Of a stretch of DNA of 64,000 bases, positions 23,850 to 36,752 are shown piece after piece (the first letter of the stretch is position 1; the number at the start of each line of letters is the position of its first letter). The stretch is from Heteronotia binoei (taxonomy: Eukaryota), in the NCBI RefSeq assembly GCF_032191835.1, contig NC_083234.1, positions 61,070,001 through 61,134,000 on the forward strand, read 5' to 3'. The notes under the pieces are model-generated. The model saw only the letters and a list, made by a program, of their open reading frames with translations. It made no database searches and was not told the origin of the DNA. A program made the position numbers and the translations under genes.

Positions 23850-25221
23850 TAGTGATTTGCAACTTGTACCTGGAAATAAAATGAAATTAAATCTAGAAAT
23901 AGCATTAATAGCTTTGAGTGTAGAACTAAATACACGTCGAGATGCCAAAAAAAAAAATCTAATACTGGGAACCAAACGGCCATAAAATTTGAATCATAAA
24001 GATCTGATTCTTGTTGCATTAAGCAGTCGTAATTTTACCTAGGATACAAAGATCTTGAACTTTCAATAGCCAGTCTTTAATAGTTAAAGGTTTAGGTGAC
24101 TCCAGTATTTTGCTATTACCATTCTAGCACTCACTCTTTCAGCCCCACAAATACCTCTCCCACATCATTGGAAGTTGAAGTTCCCTGTTTGCAGCATCAT
24201 GCCTACAGTGTGGTCGAATGCAGTCAGATGAAGAGGTATAAAGGACTGTAGCACTTCAGCTGGCAGGTGTAGGATGAAACAGCCCTAAAAGTAGAAAGCT
24301 AGCACAGCAAGCAGCAGGCAAGGCTTGAACCTTTATCCCTGATGTGCTAGATTTTTAATTACAGGGTTTTCTATCTTTTTAACATGGAAAGCATCAAACT
24401 GGCAGTCTTCAATAGTGGTCTGAATTGGTAGCATTCCCTGCCATCTGTTCCAGTTGTATATGTCCAAGCCTGAGAAGAATGTGGTGGTAGAATGAAGCAC
24501 CTAAGGCTGGGACATGACATGCAGGTGGAGGGTAACTTTTTTTGTGTTCCCCTGCAAGTAGAAAATTAGCTCATCATGGAGAAGGCTGGTTTAGAACCTT
24601 TATTCCTGCTGTGTGGTTTTGTTTTGTTTTTTACTTGCAGGGAGTTTTTAACCACCTGTACCTGCAATCTGAACTGGTACTGGCTACTTGGGATGTTACC
24701 ACCTTGTTCTGCACCACATGGGTGCATGAAGTGGGAGTCACACATGTGGGAGAACGAGGAAGCGAGAACTGCTTCTTTTCAGTCTGCAGGTGGAGGACCT
24801 CATTATGGGATGTGCCCCGGGCTGGTTCCAGGTTTTGAGGGACCCTGGGCAGAGAATTCTCGGGGCCCTCCTCCCCTCTTCTACCTATCACCAGTCCCCC
24901 TACAGATGTCCTCATTCCCTTTCCTCCCACCCTCGTCTCCCACCTGCCGTGGATGTCCCTCCCCTGCTCTTTCCCACTCCCCTGGCTCACCACTGCCTGA
25001 AGCCCTTTTCCCAGCAGCACTGCGCAGTGCATGTGGCTGGGAGCTTGTACATAAGCCACTGGGGTCCTTCACCTGTCAACAGCGTTGGGTCCTGTCAGAA
25101 CTCCTGGGCCCTGGCAGGTGCCCCACCTCAGGGTATGATGATGCGGACCCTGGATATGCCCCATGTTTTGTTTTGTTTTTAAAAACACACTCTCCATAAA
25201 TAGGAAAAGAAGGGGTAGAAC

Positions 25222-25404
25222 CAGGGCTTTTTTGTAGCAGGAACTCCTTTGCATATTAGGCCACACACCCCTGATGAAGCCAATCTCTCCTGGAGTTTAC
25301 AGTAGGCCTTGTACTAAGAGTCCTGTAAACTCTTGGAGGATTGGCTACATCAGGGGTGTGTGGCTTAATGTGCAAAGGAGTTCCTGCTACAAAAAAAAGC
25401 CTTG
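25222..25404. mobile_element. Palindromic hAT MITE
   Basis: Hairpin element; perfect TSD ggtagaac. Confidence 0.88.
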
Positions 25405-27529
25405 GGTAGAACTATTATAACTGCTCTGCTGGTTGATTTTTTTTTTTTAATTATGGAAAGCCTTTGCCTACAATACAGTCTAATCTGCCACCTCCACATT
25501 CTCCCACCGCATTTTCCTGCCCGTGAACTAGACTCGGGAACTCCTGCCTTAATAGAGGGAAGGGTTTAACAGGACCACTCACTTAACCCCTTCTGATTCA
25601 TCCATACAGTTTGGTGACCTTGGGAATGCCTTCTTAACTCTCCATCCAGAAAGGTGTGTGTTTAGAGTTCAGGGCCATGATTAAGGGCAGCCTTGCTTGA
25701 ATTCATAATCTTGACTAGAGAATATATCTATCAGTAGATGTTCGATGCATGCATCCCTTTGGAATCAGACACTTGTTTGGAAAACAAACAGAGATGTGGA
25801 ATGCAGGCTGGAGAATAACTTTGGCATGGTATAACCTCAGCCCGAGTCTCTTAATTCTGCAGACAGCTTCTAGTACAGTGGAATGTTGCCTTTCAAGACC
25901 TGCAGCATGTGTAATAAAGCCATAAAGAAGCTGGTTGCAATCTCTGTTTCCTGGCCTCTTAATTGTTGAGCACAGTTTCTAGGAAGAGAAGATGCCAGCC
26001 CCAAACTGTCTTCACATTTAGTGTTACTATGGTTATAATAAAGCATTTCTTGGGTCTAAGACTGGGAACAATTAACTTCTACCTTCCTTATTAAAGTACC
26101 TGCTCTCTGCATGCAATTCCAATTTAATGTAACAAAGATTACTTATTAGGGATGATTGCTTATAATACAATGAACATCTTTAGGGTCACTTCTGACTCCA
26201 CTATGAATTCCTACAGTGCCTCGTAGGCCCTGATACCACCTTTGTATATTGTTCCTTCAGCTCTAAACCTTATAGAGGAACAAAAATAAAATATCAGTGC
26301 TGAATGGGTAACTTCAGTTTTACTGCTGCATTATCAAGAAATAGCTCTAGGGCAGGGGTGCTCATTCCTGTTGAATCTGTGGCCACTTTTGCAATTTTGA
26401 GGAAGGGTGGTAGGTGCCAGCACAAAATGGCTGCACTCTGTGTGTGGATGTGTGAGGGAATAATCACAAAATGGTCGCCACAGGAGTCCTGAGTCCAACC
26501 ACAAAATGGTGGGAGATTGCAAGCCACTTATCCTGCTAAGATGGAGGGTGATGTTTTTGAATGGGTGCTCCTTGGAGACATAGAGGTTCTTCTGAAGCCC
26601 TTCTAGTTTCAGTTAAAATCAGGGCTATCTCACTGCTTGTCAAAGAAGCAAACAGGTTTTTGGATCCACATGGTCAGGAACCATGTTGGGATCAGTTAGG
26701 CTTGTCATCTTTCACATGGGGATGGGGGACCCCCCAATTTTGTGAGCTCTTGGCCAGCAGGAGGAAATCCCCCCCTCCAGCAATGTCATGCTTATTTCAC
26801 CTGGAAGTGATGTGTGGGCATACTTGGGGCGATGGTCTGTTTTTTGGGCAAAACTCTATGGTTCGAGGGCAATTATACCATGGAGCTTTGCCCCAAAACC
26901 AGAGTGTCACTCCTCAGCATGCCTACATCACTTCCGGGTGCCGTAGGCACAGTGTGCAGCATCACACCCATTTCAGGATCCCAAACATATAGGATTAGAA
27001 CCAATAGCTTTCTGTTGTCAAGTGAGAACTTCTGTCACAGCAGAATATCCTCCATGGGGGTGGTGGAAATAGAAAGCAGTTTCTCTTTCACCCACACTGA
27101 ATTTTAGCCTCTGCCATCTTTTAAACCAGATCCCTGGAAGCTTCACCATGATGCCTTCTGTCTATATCCTTTTTGTTTTTGGGTAGTAAAAGTGGGGTGA
27201 TAAGGGTAGGTGGGATATGTCCCATGGTGGGGGGGGGGGGAAATGCACCCTGAAAAGATGTCCCATCAGAGCAAAGCTTCTGAGGTTACTGGGTGTGCAG
27301 ATCAGCCTAAAAGGGCAGCTGGTCTGAAAAGAGAACCTACCCTGAAGGATTACCTTATAACTTGTAAATAAAAATGACAAGATTCTTGTAATCTGTGTTC
27401 TCTCCTTGCTGGTGGGGCCACCACTTGAGCGCCAAGGCCTTCTGGTTTATATAGTGTCAAAGAGTTCCCAGATTCCAGGTGAAGCCTGGAGCTCTTCGGA
27501 ATTATAACTGGGTGGGACTCAGATCAAGA

Positions 27530-27780
27530 TGGGTAGCTGTGTTAGTCTTTCTGTAGCAGCAGAAAAGAGTAAGAGTCCAGCAATGCCTGAAAGACTAACA
27601 ACATTTGTGGCAGGGTAGCAGCTTTCAAGAGTCACGGCTCACTTCTTCAGACACTGTTCACTGTTCACCTCTTCGTATTTGAAGAAGTGAGCAGTGACTC
27701 AGGTAAGTTCCTACCCTGCCACAAATTTTGTTGGTTTTTCAGGTGCTGCTGGACTCTTCCTCTTTTCAGCTGGGTCCCAG
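27530..27780. mobile_element. Two Penelope-like terminal fragments in inverted arrangement
   Basis: gggtagctgtgttagtc...gagtccag...cacttcttcaga (27530-27652) is followed by a reverse copy (27677-27780); degenerate hammerhead motifs in both. Confidence 0.6.
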
Positions 27781-28246
27781 GTAAGAGATCAGTTCCTATA
27801 CAGAAAAATGGAAGGTGGAATCTGTTGCATTGTCCCCTGCTGAGGTCCCTCCCCTCCCCAGGCTGCACCCCCAAAATCCCCAGGTATTTCCTAACCCAGA
27901 GCTGGCAACCCAGGGCACAGAAGGTCAAGGGAAATAGTCAGAAGGGGAGGAGACCTTGGGAGCTGAACTTGCAGTGTGCTGGGTGGACCTGCCCATCTCC
28001 TGCCCATGAACACACACCTTCTCCTGAGTCAGGTCATTTGTCCACTTAGCTCAACCCTGTCAACTTCCTGCCAGCAGGAGTTGTCAGGAATTGAACCCAG
28101 GACCTCCCACATGTGCTCCACCACTGCTATGGCTGCTCACTGTTTCACTGAGCTCTGCAAAGGTTTACTATGGAGGTGGTGGTTTGTTTTTCTAGGTTTT
28201 TTTTTAAATTGGACTAATTTCCTATTAATTAACAGGCAGTGATGGG

Positions 28247-28418
28247 CACGACTTTTTTTGTAGCAGGAACTCCTTTGCATATTAGGCCATGCCTCCTGAT
28301 GTAGGCAATCCTCAAAGAGCTGACAGGGCTCAACTGTAAGCTGCAGGAGGATTGGCTACATCGGGGAGGGGGGTTGGCCTAATATGCAAAGGAGTTCCTG
28401 CTTCAAAAAAAAGCCCTG
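28247..28418. mobile_element. Palindromic hAT MITE
   Basis: Perfect TSD gtgatggg. Confidence 0.85.
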
Positions 28419-29681
28419 GTGATGGGACTTTATTCTCAAAAGGCAGGTAGGCTAAAATTTGGTTTTTAAACAGAATGAGAGACGGACTCCTTCTGACTTG
28501 ATGTTTTCAATGTGGTCTTCATTAGAGGTTGCTGCTGCTGGTGGTGGTGGTGGTGGAGAAGGGAATGCCCAAAACACTGTGGATGTTAACTTTGCAGGAA
28601 GAAACACTCAACGTGATGCTGTTTCCCCGAAACATTTTGTTCTTTCCTCCCTGGCCAGGAAGTGAAGCCTCGGAAGCAGCAGCAGAGTTGTTTTCATTTG
28701 AAACAGCATCAATTAGCTCATCAGAGAGAAATAACACTCATTTTCACTCCCACACCTTTATGTACTGCCTCCCCCTCCCAATCCCCAATGTGTTAAAAAA
28801 AAGAAAGAATCTGAACAGCATGTGACGGAACATGTTGTGCATTATGCGCTCTGGTGGAGCAGCCAGAGACTCACGCCGTGTGCTTTCTGGGTTCATCATG
28901 GAAGGGGCATGTGAGAGGTCTTAAGGCGGGCTCTTCAGTTTCATGGTGTTCTCTGCCCTGATTCCACTTTGATCTGAAATGTTATGCTGTTCTCTAAACC
29001 ACCTGGAGGAAAGAAGAAGAAAAACAAGGGGGCTGAGCTAGGCTGCTCTGCCCAGACTTTTCTCCCCAGCAGCACTGAGTCATTTGTGTGTCAAGAATGC
29101 CAACAGCCAGCAAGACCAGGTGGCACGTCTTACCTTGCCTCTGTAATCAGAAGATTATTGCCACCTTAAAATCTGTTCCCTCTAGGGCAGGGTTGACCAG
29201 ACTTGCTTAACATAAGAGTCACATAGAATAAACATCAGATGTTTGAAAGCCACAAGACATCAACGTTGGACGTGAAAGGAAGGAAGGAAACCAATGGAGG
29301 GAGAGGTGGAAAAAAGCAACTTTAAATGCATTCTCCAAGCTACCAGCTGGCTTGATTTGGAGAAGTGATTTAAAGAGACAAATGCCTTCTCCAAGCCAGC
29401 CAATGGCAGTGGGGGCTTCGAGAGCCACACAATATGTGTGAAAGAGCCACAGTTTGACCACCCCTGCTCAATGCTCATTGGTAGGTTTGATCCAGCAAGG
29501 GATGGGCTGTGTGTTATCCAGCTTCATGTGCCAAAGCAGCCCTGATGGAGCCACAGGGGGCTATCTTCGAGGACTCTGGCAAATGGTTGCTTTCTGGAAC
29601 CCCAGTCATGTCAACCCTGCAAGGGGAGATTTTTTATACCACAGAAGTGAGGCAAAAGATAACCAGAGACATGGCTTTTTA

Positions 29682-29880
29682 GGGAAGGGCTGTGGCTTAG
29701 TGGTTGAGTATCTGCTTGGTATGCAGAAGGTCCCAGATTCAATCCCTGGAATCTCCAGTTAAAAGGACCAGACAGGAAGTGTTGTGAAAGACCTCTGCCT
29801 GGAGAGCTGCTTCTGTTCTGAGTAGACAATACTGACCTTGATGGACCAAGGGTGTGATTCAGTATAAGGCTGCTTCATCC
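29682..29880 (+). mobile_element. Squam2-like SINE
   Basis: Homologous to 16932-17148. Confidence 0.8.
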
Positions 29881-30467
29881 AGTGCCAGATGCAAGATGCT
29901 CCCATCCACCACCCAGTAGTAGAAGAGACTGGATTTATACACTGCCTGTCACCCGGAGACTTGAGTGGAGAAAGGGAGGTGGGCTAGCCAGATGTGCAGG
30001 TGAGAAGAACAGCTGGTTCTTGTATCCTGGAGAGCAAGGAGAGAGGGTGTCACACCAAGAAGGGCCTTCTACTGGCTGCCACCACTCTGGTAAGGGTTTG
30101 TCTGGGATAGGGCTGCCAAGTTCCCAGGCTGGGCAGGGGTTCCCTCGCCCCGGAGGTTCCCAACCTGCCCGCCCACATTGGGCCAGCGGGGGGGATTCTC
30201 TCCTGACATCATTGTGCTGGTGATGTTGCACGCCGGATGCTCTAACAATTGCTAGAGTGTCTGGGAAAACCATAGAGTTTCCCCGGAAGCTCCTAGAGTG
30301 GCCGGCACGCACTGGCATGATGACAGCACTTGCAAGTGACATCATCACACCAGCAACATCGGGGGACATCGGAGGCTGCAGAGGACTTGCCAACCCTAGT
30401 CTGGGAGGGCCCAGTGCAACCCCCCCCCCCCAGCTTCTGTGTCTTCCTTAACAAAACCTCTTCCATC

Positions 30468-31113
30468 TGTGACCACACTGAGGTGGGGACCCTGGCAGTA
30501 GAATAATAACAAGTTTATTGTAAGTGCTCAAAACTTTGTAAAAACCTTTTAGTGCAACAGTGAATATGAAAACAGTAAAAGTTGGTACAAAGAAATAAAA
30601 AAACAAGCTATAGGTTCCCTTTCTCTAATCCTAAACAGACTCACCCCCTTGAGTAAGGGAACCCTCCTCCTGCAGCCTGTTGCCAGCTCAGCCTTCCCAG
30701 AGAGAACACACCTCCCTCTCTAGCTGGCCTTTTATGGTTTTCTTCCCAAGGCCCACCCCTCTGGGCAAGTTTTCCCAAGGCTTCTTTTTTAAAGCAGGAA
30801 TGCACAGGAATGCAGTTCTGGCTGACTTGGTTTCAGGGGGTGTGGCTTAATATGCAAATGAGTTCATGCTGGGCTTTTTCTACAAAAAAGCCCTGTGTGA
30901 AGAAATGGTGATGTCAGGGGGTGTGACCTAATACACAAATGAGTTCCTGCTGGGTTTTTTCCTATCATAAAAGCCCTGAGTTTTCCCTCCAGAACTGCTG
31001 CCTACCCAATCAGAGGGACAGAAGAGATCCTGGGAAATGTGGCCTTTTAGCTACAGGCTTCCCTGGAGCCTGTAGGCCTCACCAGGCCTAAGAGGCTGAG
31101 CACTAGAGTCACA
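30468..31113 (-). mobile_element. Possible solo LTR interrupted by a hAT MITE
   Basis: TGTGAC...GTCACA ends; on the minus strand an ATAAAAGG TATA-like box precedes AATAAA; no TSD found. Confidence 0.35.
30776..30978. mobile_element. hAT MITE, octamer-bearing type
   Basis: Perfect TSD agttttcc. Confidence 0.82.
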
Positions 31114-31119
31114 CTAGAG

Positions 31120-31726
31120 CAGGGATGTCAAACTCATTTGTTGCAAGGGCCAGATCAGACATACAGGAGACTTTGTTGGGCTGGGCCATTTTGGGCCGGG
31201 CCATGTGTGTACCTATTTAAGATTAGGTAGCAGAAATACAAGCATTATAAAGGACACAGACAAACACAATTAAAGATTTTTTTAAAAAAACTTAAAAACA
31301 TGCTTAAAACATTAGCACTCATTGGTCTTAAAGGCGCTTTCTTTGTATTTCTCCCATGGGATTGTGGGAACTGGGCATAGGAAGCTCTGGCTCTTTCTTC
31401 CCCAGGGGACTGGGATGAAGAGGAACCTCGGCCAATAGAAGGAAGAGAGGCTTGGCTCACTTGCTGTGCTTTGTGACTGAGAGAGCCTAGGAAAGCAAGC
31501 TCTCCCTCCTCCCTTCCTCCCCAAGGAAGGAGCCTCAGCCAATGGAGAACATAGAGGTTTTGTTCTGTAGTTCCTGTGTGATTGAGCAAGCCTTGCGAAG
31601 CAAGCTGTTATGCAGAAGGAAAGCAAGAGAGAGGGAGAAGGTAGATGACAGCCAGTTGCTCAGGAGTCTGATGGCAGCCCTCCAGGGGCCTGATTTGGCC
31701 CCTGGGCCACATGTTTGACACCCCTG
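31120..31726. mobile_element. hAT non-autonomous element
   Basis: TIRs cagggatgtcaaac/gtttgacacccctg; perfect TSD cactagag. Confidence 0.88.
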
Positions 31727-32833
31727 CACTAGAGTTTGCGACATAGCCCAAGAAGACATAAGATGCTGGAGTGGGAATACTTCCACAAACACTGTGGGTG
31801 TGCTAAGCTGGAAATGGTGGTGCAGAAAAGAATCCTAATACTTATTTGGGTAGCAACATCATGCTGGGTTTGTATCCTCTTCATTTTGTGAAAAACCAGA
31901 CTGGCCTTACCTTGATCAAGGAGACAGCCCTGAACAGTCCAATGGAATAAAACCAGTGATTCAATGACTATATATTCATCTTTGCAAGTTCTTTCAGTGA
32001 GACAGCTTTTAAGCACCTCGCCTCAACCTCCAGAATACCACTCCCAATTAAAGGTTTCAGTTTTTTTCAAGTCCGTCATACAGTACAGAAAAAGCCATGC
32101 CTGGAAGCCTGTGGATAGTTTCAGCCTGAAAGAAGTTTTCCAACAGTGAATAAATTCTGAGCTTAATGAATGGTCATTAGCAATATTCTCAAAGTTACAA
32201 AACTCTACTACTTTGCTAAAGTGATGAACAATTTCTCCCAAGAACTCATTGCTCTTTGCAAAATTAATGAACAATTTCTCCCAAGGGCTGAATTATAGGA
32301 GAATGAGTTGACTCGATACTCACCGCCCACTAGAGGGGAGTGCAGCACTCGTATGTCTACCTACGCTTAGGGTGTAAGTGCCATCTTACCAAGGACTTTG
32401 ACTGCCATGCTGTTTCAGAGGCTTACGAAAAAGATATTTCACGTGTAGGCAGGAAGTCATTGCTTTCTGAGACTGACTTTCTCCATCATCATGACAATCG
32501 CCCCCATCTCTTCAGTCTAATGAGAAGCAAAGCAGCTTGGAATATCTGCTTCTTCTGACCTACAGAGAGGGTAATATGCTTTCTAGATAATTCTGTAATT
32601 ATCTAGAATTTCTTTAAAAATGCTGCATATAAAACAAATCCCCCTGCGCTATTGTATCCTCTCTTGAACGTCAACTTTTTGAAAAGCATCACGACAGGGA
32701 TGGCTGACAGGTGGCATGCAGTTTGGATTGGGGTCTCCCCATAATTTCCACAGCTCTTAGCTGTTTGGTGGATATATCAAACTACTGGATCTAGAACAGG
32801 AGCCCTGATTCATCTTGTCCAGCACTGTCTGTT

Positions 32834-33028
32834 GGTGGCTCAGTGGTAGAGCATCTGCTTGGTAAGCAGAAGGTCCCAGGTTCAATCCCTGGCATCTCCA
32901 ACTCCAACACAAGTAGGTGTGAAAAACCTCAACTTGAGATCTTGGAGAGCCGCTGCCAGTGTGAGTAGACAATACTGACTTGGATGGACCGAGGGTATGA
33001 TTCAGTATAAGGCAGCTTCATATGTTCA
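32834..33028 (+). mobile_element. Squam2-like SINE
   Basis: Homologous to 16932-17148. Confidence 0.82.
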
Positions 33029-34353
33029 ATTGACAGCAGCTCCTCAGGGTCTTGGGCAGAGAAATATGTTTCCTGGTATTAAATACTGGGTTTGAAGCAG
33101 TGGTAGTGAATCAGCATCCTTTATTTGTGATCGAGCAACTACAAGACTAAAGCAGGAGGGCAAACTGCCCTGCTTAAATAACACTCTACCTCTCCTATTC
33201 ATGACACCATTGGTGCATTCAAATCTAATACATGCATGCAATAGGTAACCCAACACACAATCCCACTTCCCATTGGTTAGTCCTTGGATCCCAACTTCTA
33301 TTGCTCTCCCCACTCGAAGCTCTGTCGGTCTCCAGAGGAATAAGTCCAGGCATGTAGCAGATGCCTTAAGTCCAGTCTTCGGTACATGAGATCCTCTTAC
33401 TGTGGACCCCATGGCTGGCTGCTGATTGCTTGGGAGGAGTGCATGAGCAAGCTGTAGGTCTTTCCAACATGGAAGCCCTATCATTCCACCATCTGTGGAA
33501 TTAGGCAGCAGCTTTCAGAGCTGTTCACAGCTACTCTTGCTTATTAACAATTAGCAGAAATGTCCCATGTTTGGATACCTGCTTGACAATGCCCAGGTTA
33601 AGTTTTCCTCCCAAGCTACTCAGTCAACAACTCCAGCATGAAAGCGGCAGCCCTCTGGAATTCAATACATCCCCTGACCTTGAGGTTTGCAAATCCAGCT
33701 CTCCGGCCTTCAGCCAGCCAAGATCCACTGCTCTTTTTTTTTATCTGCCACCCAGAACACCTTAGTCCTTTTCACTTCCTCATTTCCCAAGAAATTTTTC
33801 GTACAACCAATTAGCTACCCTTTCTTTCGGAATCTAAGCCTGAATTATGTGGGACAAATTCTTCCCTTTTATTTCTGCATCCAACACACTTGCTGTCTCC
33901 TTTGTGCCAAATTTTGGGTTGTAAACTCCTCAGGGCAGGGACCTATCACCTAGTACTCTGTACAGTGCCATGCACATTGCAGGCACTAGATACATCATCA
34001 TCACCACCATCAGAGGTAACAATCCTGTAGTGTCAACATTTTGGTGGAAATATACCTCTTGTTGTAAGGACTGCAGGTCACAGGATTGCTTGTGGCAATG
34101 TTCAGTAGCTGTGAGATCACAGAAAAAGAAAAAGGTGTGATTATTCTCAGGTTCTTTTTTTAATTTGCAAGATTTTAAGTCCTCTAACCTTTTGTGCAGA
34201 TTAAAATTCAGAAAAATTCAGGAAAAGCCCATCAGGAACTAGGTGTTTTTCCAGAAGTTATCCAGGAGGTTCCAGGAGACATCCATGAGAAAAAGGGCAG
34301 GGGAGCAAGGGGATCCACACAACCCAGCCGAGCTATGGGGGAGCTGGTGTTGG

Positions 34354-34628
34354 GGGCCAGTTCGGTGTAGTTGTTAAGTGTGCGGACTCTTATCTGGGAG
34401 AACTGAGTTTGATTTCCCACTCCTCCACTTGCAGGTGCTGGAATGGCCTTGGGTTAGCCATAGCTATCGCAGGAGTTGTCCTTGAAAGGGCAGCTGCTGT
34501 GAGAGCCCTCTCAGGCCCACCCATCTCACAGGGTGTCTGTTGTGGGGGGAGAAGATATAGGAGATTGTAAGCCACTCTGATTCAGAGAGAAGGGTGGGGT
34601 ATAAATCTGAGGTCTCTGCCTCCTCTTC
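34354..34628 (+). mobile_element. Squam3-like SINE
   Basis: Homologous to 21024-21309. Confidence 0.82.
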
Positions 34629-35773
34629 ATGCCTGTCTCAGGACATTGGAAGTGTTGAGATCACTGCAAAACGTCTTATAGACTTGTACATCTTTCCCTG
34701 AACTCTGGATCCCTACCATAACCCGATGAAATTAACAGAGAAGTCCACATTCTGTGCATCTGTCAGAACGCACATGGGCTTCATTTAGCACTGGGCTGAA
34801 TGTACACGGTTACAGGTTTCCCCGACTGTCACGAGAACTAGAAGCTTGCCTTTTTGAGAACAAGACAAAGTCCAAGGAGCCAGCGTTGCCTTTCAGTTCT
34901 CCAGCATCTCTCTCTGACACTGGGCGTGTTCCCCCTTGCTGTTATCAAGAAAGAGTGCCCTGGGATGGCTGACTCACCTCTTGCCTCTTTAAAGAGCAGA
35001 GTGGTCTATCTGTGGCTATGCAGCCTTCAATGACATTTCCTCCTCTTGGCTGGCTCCCTTCTGGAAAGCAGTTGTCAGAGGATCCTCCCTGGGGGATGGA
35101 TTGACTTCATAAGGAGAGAACCAGGTAGCCAAGAGAAGGAAGTGTTGACAATTCCAGACAGAGGAAGAGCCTGGCCCCACTGCCTGGTCATCGAGAGGCA
35201 GCAAAAGAGACATCCATGAGAAAAAGGGCAGGGGGGGACAAGGGGATCGGCACAACCCAGCCGTGCTACGGGGGGGGGGGGGGGGGAGGGGGCTGCTTTC
35301 CTCACACGCCACTGGAATCTCAATGTGCATCAAGATGAATGCTCTGGTTCACAACAACCGAGGACTTGCCTGCTTAGCACATTTATTCCTGGCCAGTTTG
35401 CTGTGGTGGGACTGATTGGAAGTAATTTTGGAAGAAGGTTAGAAAAGCCTTGCTGGATCACATGAAAAGTCAATCTAGACTGACATCGTGCTTTGCCCCC
35501 CAGCCAATCAGGTGCCCCTGGAAGGCCCTGCAAAGAGGGCATAGGGACGGATGGAGCAGACATCCGTGAAGCTAGTCTTGTCTTTGATAATCCGCTTCAT
35601 GGACAGACTCTTCAGTGCATCTCATGAAGTGACGTCTGACTCACTGAAGCTGATGCTGGGATAAATTTTGCTGATCTTCTTTATGTCGCTGCTGGAGCTC
35701 TGTTTCATTTTGTTGCTCATGGGGAATTCCCCCTCCCTACCTGTTTCACTCATGGCTTTTAAAAAGATGTGTT

Positions 35774-36157
35774 CAGGGCTTTTATTGTAGCAGGAACTCC
35801 TTTGCATATTAGGCCGCCACCCCCCAATGTAGCCAATCCAGGGCTTTTTTGGTAGAAAAATCCCAGCAGGAACTCATTTGCATATTAGGCCACACACCCC
35901 AATGTCACCACTGTTTCACATAGGGCTTTTTGTAGAAAAAGCCTAGCAGGAATTCATTTACCTATTAGGTCACACCCCCTGACACCAAGCCAGCCGGAAC
36001 AGCGTTCCTGCTTAAAAAAAGCCATGAGCCAATCCGTCATGAGCTTACAGGGCTCTTCTTACAGGGCCTACTGTAAGCTCCAGGAGGATTGGCTACATCA
36101 GGGGTGTGTGGTCTAACATGCAAAGGAGCTCCTGCTACAAAAAAAAAAAAAGCCCTG
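35774..36157. mobile_element. Palindromic hAT MITE hosting a nested MITE
   Basis: Outer TSD gatgtgtt perfect; sequence resumes after the nested element. Confidence 0.88.
35839..36026. mobile_element. Octamer-bearing hAT MITE nested in the palindromic MITE
   Basis: Perfect TSD agccaatc. Confidence 0.88.
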
Positions 36158-36576
36158 GATGTGTTCTTTAAACACAATGTATAAATGAAACAAAAGTCCA
36201 GCGGCACCTTAAATGCTGATAACACTCATTTCAATATTGAGCTTCCCCAGATATCTGAGGAAGTGAGCTGGGACTCCCAGAAGCGTAGAGTGCCACTGGA
36301 TCTTTGCTTTCTTTTGCTGCAACAGACTTACAGGGCCACCTCTGGGCCATCGGGGGTAAATGACTCAAACGCAGTTGTGAAAGCAACAGGAATCCTTTGG
36401 AGATCGGGATTAACAGCCAGTCCCTGTCGTTCATTCTGCACATATATCTCCCACCCATTCTGCAAGGATGGTATAAATGCATGAGGAAGAAAGGGGAAGT
36501 CTCTCTGTTTTCTCTCCTTTCCTGCCAGAAACTTCTTATCCAGCTGGTAGGCAGCCACAAAACGCCCCCATTGTTA

Positions 36577-36752
36577 GCCCTGACCTGGATAGCCCAGGCA
36601 AGCTCGAGCTCCTCAGATCTCAGAAGCTACTTAGATGGGAGACCTCCTTGGAATACCAGAGCTAGAAGCAGGGGCAGGTTTTTCTCAGTCATCTCCCTGG
36701 ATATCCTCCAGTAGAAGTCAATCACCGGAGGTCACCATGACTTCCAGATGCA
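36577..36752 (+). mobile_element. 5S-derived SINE (internally deleted)
   Basis: Same head gccctgacctggatagcccaggcaag and 5S-like gggagacc...ggaatacc. Confidence 0.75.

Noticed and set aside
23429-23985. Four overlapping 100-140 aa ORFs
   Set aside because: Produced by the GC-rich palindromic MITE; mirror-image peptides on both strands.
32324-32560. Minus-strand exon with several strong donors
   Set aside because: All frames from the best acceptor contain stops; it could only be non-coding, so it was not added to the candidate gene chain.
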